A model generated the notes under the pieces. That model saw only the letters and a list, made by a program, of their open reading frames with translations, was not told the origin of the DNA and made no database searches. Shown piece after piece: positions 48,793 through 56,709 of a DNA stretch of 60,224 nt (within the stretch, counting starts at the first letter, position 1; every line of letters starts with the position of its first letter). Made by a program: the position numbers and the translations under genes. This stretch comes from a virus: the IMG/VR virus record IMGVR_UViG_3300045988_031686; one strand, written 5' to 3'.

Positions 48793-49599
48793 ATGGCTTT
48801 TAAAAAAGGAATGACGGCATATAATTTTGATGATTTAACAGGCAAGACATTTAACAGGCTAACAGTTATTAAAAGAGTATATAGGAATAATAGTAAAAAA
48901 GTATATTGGAAATGCAGATGTGTTTGCGGAAAAGAAACAATTGTTGAAAGTTCAAAACTCAAAGGGGGATATACCAAAAGCTGTGGGTGTCTTAACGATG
49001 AAAATCGAAAACGCCATATAAATGAACTGACTACGCATAATATGAGTAACAGCAAATTGTTCGAGGTTTGGTGTGCCATGAGAAGAAGATGTGAAAACAG
49101 AAAAGATAAAGCGTATAAGTGGTATGGTGCTAAAGGCGTCAAAGTCTGTGGTGAATGGCAAGGAGAAGGCGGTTTTCAAAATTTTTATAATTGGTCTATA
49201 AAAAATGGGTACAAAGAAAATTTATCTATAGATAGAATAGATTTTAACGGAAATTATGAACCGTCAAATTGTCGCTGGATTACACAAAAAGAGCAATGTA
49301 ATAATACAAGCAGAAATATTTATGTCGATTACTGTAGAGAGAGAAAGACGTTAAGTGAATTATGTGAGATGTATAATCTTAAATACGGAATTATGTACCA
49401 TAGAATTTTTGATTTAGAGCTTCCATTTGGAATTGCTATGAATTTAAGTGGATGCCAAAAAGCAAATTACAACGGCAAAGAAACTGATTTGAGATATATA
49501 TCAAAAGTAGAAGGCATCGAGTATAAAATTTTGTTAAGAGAAGTATTGGTAAATAAAAAAGATATAGAACAAATTATATCAGAATATGGAGGAAAATAA
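48793..49599 (+). CDS. AP2/HNH-associated DNA-binding protein (homing-endonuclease-like family)
   Basis: GKTFNRLTVIKR...WKCRCVCG...SCGC and WCAMRRRCEN...YGAKGVKVCGEW...LSIDRIDFNGNYEPSNCRW. Confidence 0.55.
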   Translation: MAFKKGMTAYNFDDLTGKTFNRLTVIKRVYRNNSKKVYWKCRCVCGKETIVESSKLKGGYTKSCGCLNDENRKRHINELTTHNMSNSKLFEVWCAMRRRCENRKDKAYKWYGAKGVKVCGEWQGEGGFQNFYNWSIKNGYKENLSIDRIDFNGNYEPSNCRWITQKEQCNNTSRNIYVDYCRERKTLSELCEMYNLKYGIMYHRIFDLELPFGIAMNLSGCQKANYNGKETDLRYISKVEGIEYKILLREVLVNKKDIEQIISEYGGK

Positions 49600-50332
49600 A
49601 TTGCATATCGAAAGAATACACAGAATGATTGAATGTCTCACGGAAAAGACGCTGTCCGAACTTGATAAAGGCATCGAAAACGTAAATGTTGAGGAAATGT
49701 CTGAAGCTGTGGATATGATTAAGGATTTATGCGAAGCTGAATATCGTGCTGTTATTGTCAAGTCGATGAAGAAGGCTGATGAAGAGGAAGAAGAGTACAA
49801 CAAAGAACTTCTCAGAATGCTCAAAACCGAATATGGCGAAGAGGGTGGCAGACGCTACTACGATGAATACCGCTATATGCGTACTGGCAGGTACGCACCA
49901 AAAGGCAAGGGCAGTTATGTAGGCAGACGTGGTTATGAGGAACCGCCATATTGGCACAGATACCCGGGCGATATGACGGATATGGATTATGACAGCATAG
50001 AGCGCATGAGAGACATGGATAGATTGAGCCGGGGCAAAATGTATTACACCGACATGTCAGACCGCATGGGAATGATTGACCAGCCGAGAAGCGGCAGCTC
50101 TACGGAACGTGATATGCGTGAGGGCAGAAGCGGCATAAGCCGCAAGCATTACATGGAAGCTAAGGAACAGCACAAGGCTAACACCCAGCAGGACAAGGAT
50201 GCGAAAATGCAGTCGCTTGACGAGTACATGAGGGAGTTGAGCGCTGATATGACGGAGCTTTTAACCGACATGACACCTGAGGAACGCACAATGTTAAAAA
50301 GCAAGATGTCAGTGCTTATGACCAAGATTTGA
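49586..50332 (+). CDS. R/Y/D/M-rich low-complexity protein
   Basis: 248 aa with the central stretch GRRYYDEYRYMRTGRYAPKGKGSYVGRRGYEEPPYWHRYPGDMTDMDYD. Confidence 0.45.
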   Translation: MEENKLHIERIHRMIECLTEKTLSELDKGIENVNVEEMSEAVDMIKDLCEAEYRAVIVKSMKKADEEEEEYNKELLRMLKTEYGEEGGRRYYDEYRYMRTGRYAPKGKGSYVGRRGYEEPPYWHRYPGDMTDMDYDSIERMRDMDRLSRGKMYYTDMSDRMGMIDQPRSGSSTERDMREGRSGISRKHYMEAKEQHKANTQQDKDAKMQSLDEYMRELSADMTELLTDMTPEERTMLKSKMSVLMTKI

Positions 50333-50379
50333 TTTTTAGAGGTAGGGGCAGAAATGCTCCTACCATTGTGAGGTATAAC

Positions 50380-50700
50380 ATGCTTACAATCAACGGCATT
50401 AACTGGAACTTAATATTCGTCAACAATTCAAGCCCCGACTTATTGCGTTCAGACGGCACTACAAGCCTTGCTGTGACCGATTGGAACCGCAAGAGTATAT
50501 TTGTATCACTAGCACCTAGAGGGGATTATTTAAGACGCGTAATCGCTCACGAACTATGCCATGCGTTTTGTTTTAGCTATGGCGTATCAATGCCGATTGA
50601 GCAGGAGGAATACCTTGCAAACTGGATAAGCTTGTACGGAACTGATTTGATTTACTTGCTTGATAATATTATGTCAAGCTTATCTCGGAGGGCAGTATGA
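50380..50700 (+). CDS. Small HExxH metallopeptidase-like protein (ImmA/SprT-like)
   Basis: RRVIAHELCHAF; ATG 50380 after GTGAGGT. Confidence 0.5.
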   Translation: MLTINGINWNLIFVNNSSPDLLRSDGTTSLAVTDWNRKSIFVSLAPRGDYLRRVIAHELCHAFCFSYGVSMPIEQEEYLANWISLYGTDLIYLLDNIMSSLSRRAV

Positions 50701-50837
50701 CAGCAGAACAGTTATTAGAGTACATCCGGAGAACTAACCCGGAAATGACCATGGAACGTATGCTATACGAACTTAGCCAAAGCATATATACGGCTAAGGC
50801 TGTGGTTTTTACTGCACAGAATCAAGTCAAAAAATAA
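50697..50837 (+). CDS. Small hypothetical protein (46 aa)
   Basis: ATG overlaps the upstream stop codon (ATGA). Confidence 0.3.
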   Translation: MTAEQLLEYIRRTNPEMTMERMLYELSQSIYTAKAVVFTAQNQVKK

Positions 50838-51275
50838 TGCAAAAATTTTTAATCGCCCCCACCAATGGAAATGAAAAATAAAAAATCGAAGTCAAATTCT
50901 TGCGAAATTTGGCTCCGATTTAGTGTCATTTTGTCTAATATTCTCAATATTTTTCAAAAAATTTCCCTAAAATTTTCGGGTCAACATTTTTGGTACGCCC
51001 CTATACCCGAAACGCAAAATATAAAAACCGATTTACGATTTTGTCAAAATTTGGTTCTGATTTGGTGTTGTTTTTGAGCCAAAAACAACTCTGTATGACA
51101 GCGGGACCAGTAGAATGTCACACCCAAAGTCGCCCGGCTCTGCCTATGACAACGAAGTTAGGCACAACAAACAGACCACCAAACAGCATCACGTTACAAG
51201 CTGCCGCTCATTAAGGGTGCAGTTGTCCGCTTGATGATAAAATAGCACTTCGATTTTAATTTGTCAAGGAACGAC

Positions 51276-51305
51276 AAAAAGAGAACTTCTGAAAGTTCTC
51301 TTTTC
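51276..51305. terminator. Bidirectional intrinsic terminator; ends the reverse-strand operon
   Basis: 10-bp stem aagagaactt/aagttctctt with T-runs on both strands. Confidence 0.7.
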
Positions 51306-51312
51306 AAACAAA

Positions 51313-51639
51313 TTATAGACCATAAAACTCTAGAATACGTTTTTTTCGCTCTTCTGAAACCTCATCATTAATTTTATAACGAGCTAGCCTGTTGTCGTCC
51401 TCCTGTATTTTTTCAATGAAAATCCAGTCGCATCCGGCAACAACTGAAACGTGCTGGCTGCATTCCCATGAACGTCCGATAACTGCATACATCAACGTCT
51501 CAACTTCTTTTTCAGGCATGTTGCAGACGTAAACAGCGCGCCCGTAAGCGTTACTTGACACGATTGTGCCAAGTAATTCAGTGGTCGGAGCTGCACACCC
51601 TCCTAAGTTGATAATATCAAGCCTTTTTTCAAAACTCAT
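51313..51639 (-). CDS. Hypothetical protein (reverse-strand operon, gene 3)
   Basis: ATG 51639 lies 8 nt after GGAGG. Confidence 0.55.
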   Translation of the reverse strand: MSFEKRLDIINLGGCAAPTTELLGTIVSSNAYGRAVYVCNMPEKEVETLMYAVIGRSWECSQHVSVVAGCDWIFIEKIQEDDNRLARYKINDEVSEERKKRILEFYGL

Positions 51640-51689
51640 TTCTAATACCTCCATATATTTAATTATCTAGCCGACTTTATCGGCTGAAA

Positions 51690-51735
51690 AGTGACGGACG
51701 GAATCGAACCGCCCACGTTGGCACCTGCCGTCACT
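51690..51735 (-). ncRNA. tRNA-like minihelix A (acceptor stem plus canonical T-arm; no D arm or anticodon arm)
   Basis: Reverse-strand sequence: AGTGACG-GCAGGTGCCAACGTG-GGCGG-TTCGATT-CCGTC-CGTCACT. 7-bp acceptor-like stem and a T-loop GTTCGATTC. Confidence 0.5.
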
Positions 51736-51738
51736 TGA

Positions 51739-52014
51739 CTATTCCGCCAAAATAGTTCTAGCCATATTAAACACCCAACGCCTGTTACGACTATGGTGTT
51801 TAAAATCGCCGTCTTTGGCGATTATTCGTCCGGTGTTCTCGTATTTTAACTGTATGACAGTTAAATATCTGTCAAGCAGCTCATCCGGGCATTTTAAACA
51901 CTCGATAGCGTTTTCTATCGTGAATTTGTCGCTACTGCGGTATACACCCTCGATACGAACACCCTTCTCAGCTTCTAGCCTTTCCAATTCTTGTATAAGC
52001 TCTCCTTTTGTCAT
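51739..52014 (-). CDS. Hypothetical protein (reverse-strand operon, gene 2)
   Basis: 91 aa with RBS GAGGAGG. Confidence 0.55.
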   Translation of the reverse strand: MTKGELIQELERLEAEKGVRIEGVYRSSDKFTIENAIECLKCPDELLDRYLTVIQLKYENTGRIIAKDGDFKHHSRNRRWVFNMARTILAE

Positions 52015-52063
52015 AAAAAATCCTCCTCATAATGTTAAATTTTTTAAATCCCCTAAGGGAGAA

Positions 52064-52115
52064 AAGCAACCCGGGGAATCGAACCCCGGCAGTGCGCCGC
52101 CTCCGGCGGTTGCTT
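52064..52115 (-). ncRNA. tRNA-like minihelix B (acceptor stem, mini-hairpin, canonical T-arm)
   Basis: Reverse-strand sequence: AAGCAACC-GCCGGAGGCGGC-GCACTGC-CGGGG-TTCGATT-CCCCG-GGTTGCTT. Confidence 0.5.
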
Positions 52116-52120
52116 TTTAA

Positions 52121-52348
52121 TCAGTCTGCCCACTCGACACGTTTTAATTCACCGGTTCTCGTGCTGTGGTACCAGCTCTTACCGCCTACACTGAACGTCA
52201 GCTCGAACCATGTACATCTGTCTTCGTGTTCGTGGTCGTAACTGCCCTCGAGTACTGAGATTAGGTTTGCAGACGGAGTAAAACCGAACTGTTTTTTAAA
52301 GGCTGCCCTTATTGTATTTTTAACGTCTACAAGCTGTAAATCTGTCAT
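52121..52348 (-). CDS. Hypothetical protein (reverse-strand operon, gene 1)
   Basis: 75 aa with RBS AGGAGG. Confidence 0.55.
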   Translation of the reverse strand: MTDLQLVDVKNTIRAAFKKQFGFTPSANLISVLEGSYDHEHEDRCTWFELTFSVGGKSWYHSTRTGELKRVEWAD

Positions 52349-52438
52349 AATTGACTACCTCCTTGTTTTTGGGTACAACAAACACATGTTCTGTATCTGC
52401 TCTATTTCCCTTTCGTTGATATTATAATAGCATATATA

Positions 52439-52543
52439 ATGCACTTATACAATATGCAACATTCACAAATAATGCACTTATATGTTGTGCAAAGTGTATA
52501 ATGCACTTATAAACTTGACAACCTCATGCACTTATATTATAAT
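52439..52543. promoter_or_regulatory. Divergent control region: four ATGCACTTAT boxes plus a consensus promoter
   Basis: Boxes at 52439, 52472, 52501 and 52526. TTGACA at 52515-52520, 17-nt spacer, TATAAT at 52538-52543. Confidence 0.65.
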
Positions 52544-52574
52544 GTGAGCATTAAAAGACAGGAGGTATTATTAT

Positions 52575-52781
52575 ATGAATAAAATAGACGAGCCTAAAAC
52601 ACCACAGTCACAGCGTGACGCTGTACGGCGATACGAGAAGAACAACGACCGTATTAATGTCATATTTCCAGCAGGGACCCGCGCCAAGATGGCGGAGCTT
52701 GGAATTGACAAGCCGGGCGCATTCATTAAGGAGGTAGTTGCTGCCGAGCTTGGGCGAATTGAAAAGTATAAAAATAATTAA
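52575..52781 (+). CDS. Arc/CopG-like small DNA-binding protein (candidate binder of the ATGCACTTAT boxes)
   Basis: 68 aa. SQRDAVRRYEKNNDRINVIFPAGTRAKMAELG fits an RHH-like strand-helix-helix pattern. Confidence 0.5.
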   Translation: MNKIDEPKTPQSQRDAVRRYEKNNDRINVIFPAGTRAKMAELGIDKPGAFIKEVVAAELGRIEKYKNN

Positions 52782-52786
52782 AAATA

Positions 52787-52832
52787 ATGCACTTATATAC
52801 TTGACGTTCTAATGCACTTATGATATTATAAT
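52787..52832 (+). promoter_or_regulatory. Second promoter with the same two-box architecture
   Basis: ATGCACTTAT at 52787 and 52812 flanking TTGACG at 52801-52806; TATTAT/TATAAT at 52824-52832. Confidence 0.6.
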
Positions 52833-52909
52833 GATGTCGGAAGGGAGAAGATAAGAATTTCCGAACGTGTGTTTGTTGCACGGAAAATTAAAATTTAGGA
52901 GGATTCAAC

Positions 52910-53101
52910 ATGGCAGATGAAGATTTAAGATACCGCGTATTCGCGGATGGCAACGAGGTTGCCGAGTTTGCGGAGTTAAAGGACGCCAAGAGCTGGGCTG
53001 TTTCTTTGACAGTCAATTATCACAAGGCAGAAGTGTATGACCTTGTGAGAGAAGCCGTTGTGTACACTATGTATGACGATGGCGAGGAATACGAGGAATA
53101 A
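52910..53101 (+). CDS. Small acidic hypothetical protein
   Basis: 63 aa with RBS AGGAGG. Confidence 0.5.
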   Translation: MADEDLRYRVFADGNEVAEFAELKDAKSWAVSLTVNYHKAEVYDLVREAVVYTMYDDGEEYEE

Positions 53102-53135
53102 GAGGAATATTAAAATAAATAAAGGAGAACAAATT

Positions 53136-53453
53136 ATGGACATGAAAATGACAGAGCTGGCAAAGTACATCATCGCAGTAGAGGTGCTAGAGAAAGAGCA
53201 GGCTCCACTTAAACAGCGAGTAGGGGACTTGATACACAAGAAGTTCACAGTTGGGTTGACGAGAGAGGAGCAGGAACTCCTCACATTGTCCGACAAGGCA
53301 AATCAGCAGTATCAATTGATACTTGCCGACCTGAGACATGTGGCAGGACTGGACAGCATATGCCTATCGCGTGAAGAGCTTGAAGAAGATCACCGAGCCG
53401 TAGAAGAAGCTCATGCCTCAGTGAGTGAGTGGCTGGCAGGATATGGCGAATGA
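53136..53453 (+). CDS. Hypothetical protein
   Basis: ATG 53136 after AAAGGAG. Confidence 0.5.
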   Translation: MDMKMTELAKYIIAVEVLEKEQAPLKQRVGDLIHKKFTVGLTREEQELLTLSDKANQQYQLILADLRHVAGLDSICLSREELEEDHRAVEEAHASVSEWLAGYGE

Positions 53454-53461
53454 TAAAAACA

Positions 53462-53495
53462 AGCCCCGGCGAGGTAATCGTTCCGGGGCTATTTT
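53462..53495 (+). terminator. Intrinsic terminator
   Basis: 8-bp stem agccccgg/ccggggct followed by atttt. Confidence 0.7.
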
Positions 53496-53663
53496 CATGC
53501 TGTAAAGCGCCTATTAAATTAAATAATAATGGCTCCTGCCAAGTCACGACCGATTTAACAACGATACCAAGCGATTAACGGTCGGCACTTCCAGCTCTCA
53601 CAGCATACATGATTTACGGCTGGTTGTCAACGTATCGGATAGTATATTGATGTATTTTAAGCA

Positions 53664-53807
53664 TTGACAAGTCCACGGCTAACTGGTATTATCATAGACG
53701 GGCGAGGGCGACTAACTCATGGCAGTATCGTAGATAGCACATTGACAACCGCATATCTCACACACCTAAAAATTTAGACCAATAACAATCCGTTATGTGG
53801 TCTTTTT
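53664..53807 (+). ncRNA. Candidate ~108-nt small RNA transcription unit (promoter to terminator)
   Basis: TTGACA 53664-53669, 17-nt spacer, TATTAT 53687-53692. Terminator stem gaccaataac/gttatgtggtc at 53777-53802, then ttttt. No credible ORF inside. Confidence 0.35.
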
Positions 53808-53989
53808 GTCGTTCTGTTAATATCTTGACAATGTATCTTATTTAATCCCATGTCTTTAAGTTATTTATGTATCGTATATTATTATAAAATTTACTGTCAT
53901 AGATTAAGAGCCTGAGCCCTTATATGTATTTATTAATATATAGGGCTGCCGGGCACATGGACACAATCCACATCATTACATTAACGTGA

Positions 53990-54075
53990 TAAAATCCGTA
54001 TACAAACCGTATACATTCCGTTACCAAAGTGTAGCCTAGAGAAGATTAGATAAGATTAGACAAGGAAAGATTAAT
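53990..54075. repeat. Copy B of the dispersed non-coding element (partner at 20780-20848)
   Basis: aaaatccgtatacaaaccgtatacattccgttaccaaagtgtagcctagagaagattagataagatta. Confidence 0.55.
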
Positions 54076-54277
54076 GAGAATGTATAAATAAATAATCGGT
54101 TTTTAAAAGACGTATATAATTATATACTGTATATGCGATTAGTACCAAAGTACTACGCATAAATACCCCAAAGTTATATTTTATATACTTTATGTATATA
54201 GTCATGTCACCAATCATGTGATATGATAATCTCATGTGTGAGAGAGATTAAGATTATGATTTGGAGGTGATTATATT

Positions 54278-54907
54278 ATGTGTGACGATAATAACGGTTA
54301 TGATATTCAGACAATCAGGACTGTTGATGATATGAGAATTGTAGCTAGTGATATAGTCACTAATTACTGTGATAGACATAACATTGATGAGAACGATATA
54401 TTTCCGTCTATATGGGCTGACATAATTACAGAGTTAAACATATTATTATTTGCTCCATGCAATAAAGTACTTAAAAAAGTAGACGGTATTCATAATGAGT
54501 ATGACATAGACAAAGTTGAATATGTTTATAATTATATATATAAGCGTCTGTGTAATAGTCATTGTCAAGAGGTGACTATTAAGGGCTTTCTTGATATGTC
54601 TGGTATAAATAGACAGACGTTGTATGATTGGTCGAACGGTGTACTTGGTTCTCAGCGTTCCGATTTGGCTAAAAAAATAGCCGAAGATAACGAAGAGAGC
54701 CTATTTAACCTGATGAAAGATAGAAGGCTTAATCCTATGAAAGTGTTACCTAAGTTAAACAGATACCACGGTTGGAATATGCCGGGAGCTAGAGCGGAGA
54801 GAACGGAGAGAGAAGCCCTTGGAGCTGATGCCCTGATACAGCTCGGACAGCAGCCGAGACCGCTTGAGTTGTCCGATAATAGTTCCGCGATTGACAGTAA
54901 TAATTGA
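54278..54907 (+). CDS. Possible terminase small subunit / HTH DNA-binding protein
   Basis: 209 aa with the HTH-like segment TIKGFLDMSGINRQTLYDW. The first gene after the long non-coding region. Not adjacent to terL. Confidence 0.4.
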   Translation: MCDDNNGYDIQTIRTVDDMRIVASDIVTNYCDRHNIDENDIFPSIWADIITELNILLFAPCNKVLKKVDGIHNEYDIDKVEYVYNYIYKRLCNSHCQEVTIKGFLDMSGINRQTLYDWSNGVLGSQRSDLAKKIAEDNEESLFNLMKDRRLNPMKVLPKLNRYHGWNMPGARAERTEREALGADALIQLGQQPRPLELSDNSSAIDSNN

Positions 54908-55278
54908 TGTTTTATCACATGGAGTTGTCACACAATTCTATACAATTCACAAATGCCCTATTTACAAGGGTTTGCGGATTTGTGGCTTAATGTCAACTAT
55001 TCGCAAAAGTTAGGTTTAACGAATAGTTAAGCAAAACAGAATGGAATAATAACGCTATTGCATGAATTGTTTGAGAATTGTGTATAAACAGACTGATGGC
55101 ACGGGACCAGACCGGGTGGGGGTTATATGGTTGCTAGATACGCCCCCTCTAAGTGCCAAAAACTCCGACAAAAATAAAAAGCCATGGCATAGATAGGGTA
55201 GCTCCCAACAAGCTATAAGCCTTAATAGCTTCTATGCCATTCACAATAAGGCAAATATCAGAAAGGCAGGTATAAGCG

Positions 55279-55965
55279 ATGAATGAGTTGAAGATTTTTG
55301 GGAAAAAGGATTTTTGTAAGATAAAGGATTTTCAAAAAGAAAAGCCAAACTCGGTTGTAGGGATTATATATGTGATAGGATATAACAACAGTTTTTGCAA
55401 AATTGGTATGTCTTCGTTGCCGGCAGATAGAACATTGGCTTTACGTCATTATATTTCTGACTATATGCAGATGTCAGTTGACAAGATAGCTATAAGCAGC
55501 TGGCACACAAATTACAAGCAAAACGAAAAACTATTACATGAAAATTTTTCAAGTTGTCGTATACCGAATACTGAATTGTTTTCATGTGATATCCAAGAAG
55601 TTACTGAATTTATACAAAATGATGGCATCAAGTTTGAAGATAATTCTGAAGAGATTTTGAAGAATATACAAAGAGGTAGCGATGCAGTTGTTGAATTTGG
55701 AAAAGCTATCATGCGGGGCGATTTTGAGCAGAAAAGCGAAAATACTTTTGATGAAAAATACAATAAAATGTTAAAAGAGTCAAATAAATTAACTGACGAA
55801 ATCCTTTTTTCGGCGAGGTTTTTAGTTGATAGCTATAAAGAAGCATTAGAAACTCGCATGGAAAAAGAACTGAATGCACTTAAAGGGTATTTTGTTGATA
55901 AATGGATACAACACGGACTAATAGATAAAGAAAGTGTTTTTGATTCACAGCAAAAAAATGACTGA
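55279..55965 (+). CDS. T5orf172 / GIY-YIG-superfamily nuclease-domain protein
   Basis: GIIYVIGYNNSFCKIGMSS...R...EKLLHENF...R...ELF. Confidence 0.6.
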   Translation: MNELKIFGKKDFCKIKDFQKEKPNSVVGIIYVIGYNNSFCKIGMSSLPADRTLALRHYISDYMQMSVDKIAISSWHTNYKQNEKLLHENFSSCRIPNTELFSCDIQEVTEFIQNDGIKFEDNSEEILKNIQRGSDAVVEFGKAIMRGDFEQKSENTFDEKYNKMLKESNKLTDEILFSARFLVDSYKEALETRMEKELNALKGYFVDKWIQHGLIDKESVFDSQQKND

Positions 55966-55992
55966 AAAGCTTTTAATCGGAGGAGTAACAAA

Positions 55993-56367
55993 ATGACAGA
56001 CAAAGAATATCAGCAGTTGGCAATGAGAACCAACGATGGGCTAAACACAACAAGGCTCACGAATGCAATATTCGATTGCCACACCATAACCATAGCACAG
56101 TTAATAAATGGCGCATTAGGGCTTACTGGTGAAGCAGGTGAGGTATCAGACCTCGTGAAGAAAGGCATATTTCATGAAAAAGGCATAGACTTAGAGCATC
56201 TCAAAAAGGAGCTGGGCGATTGCACTTGGTACTTGGCAATGATATGTGACGCTTGCGGATTTACGCTTGATGATGTCATGCAGACAAACATTGATAAGCT
56301 CAAGGCACGTTATCCTAAGGGTTTTGACACATACAGGGCTAACAACAGGGCGGAGGGTGATATATGA
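55993..56367 (+). CDS. mazG: MazG-like nucleotide pyrophosphohydrolase
   Basis: LTGEAGEVSDLVKK...ELGDCTWYL...NIDKLKARYPKGF. Confidence 0.8.
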   Translation: MTDKEYQQLAMRTNDGLNTTRLTNAIFDCHTITIAQLINGALGLTGEAGEVSDLVKKGIFHEKGIDLEHLKKELGDCTWYLAMICDACGFTLDDVMQTNIDKLKARYPKGFDTYRANNRAEGDI

Positions 56368-56561
56368 TAACGGATTTGGTAGTATTTGGAATTTTATGTG
56401 CGCTTGAAGCTCCTGCATGGTGCTTCGTGGCAATCGGTATATCGGTTTTAATCAAGGTAATCAGCTTCGGCATGAACTTAGGCGCTAAGCAATCAGAAAA
56501 AGCCTTAAATGAGGCAATAAAGAGGTCGTTAGATGAAATATCAAGGCAGAGAGATAAATGA
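56364..56561 (+). CDS. Small membrane protein
   Basis: 65 aa with two hydrophobic segments. Confidence 0.4.
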   Translation: MITDLVVFGILCALEAPAWCFVAIGISVLIKVISFGMNLGAKQSEKALNEAIKRSLDEISRQRDK

Positions 56562-56709
56562 TGAGTGCTCACGTTGCGGCAACATATTTGAGTGTGTGCT
56601 ATTCCTTAAAGGCCACGGCATAGGCACAGAGCGTGAGCGTGTGGCAGATATGATTAAATGCCAATTTGAGCACAAGGAAAGGCATGATAAAAGCAATGGG
56701 GATAATTAG
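56533..56709 (+). CDS. Small Cys-containing hypothetical protein (58 aa)
   Basis: ORF below the track cutoff; CSRCGNIFEC. Confidence 0.25.
   Translation: MKYQGREINDECSRCGNIFECVLFLKGHGIGTERERVADMIKCQFEHKERHDKSNGDN

Noticed and set aside
48528-49142. 204-aa reverse-strand ORF in the supplied track.
   Set aside because: Only the last 50 codons (48528-48680) have an RBS and an RHH-like sequence. The upstream part is antisense to the 48793 gene and crosses a promoter region.
50865-51214. Two overlapping track ORFs (70 aa and 74 aa) in the 475-bp gap.
   Set aside because: No RBS, low-complexity translation, and overlap with direct repeats and hairpins. I treat the region as non-coding.
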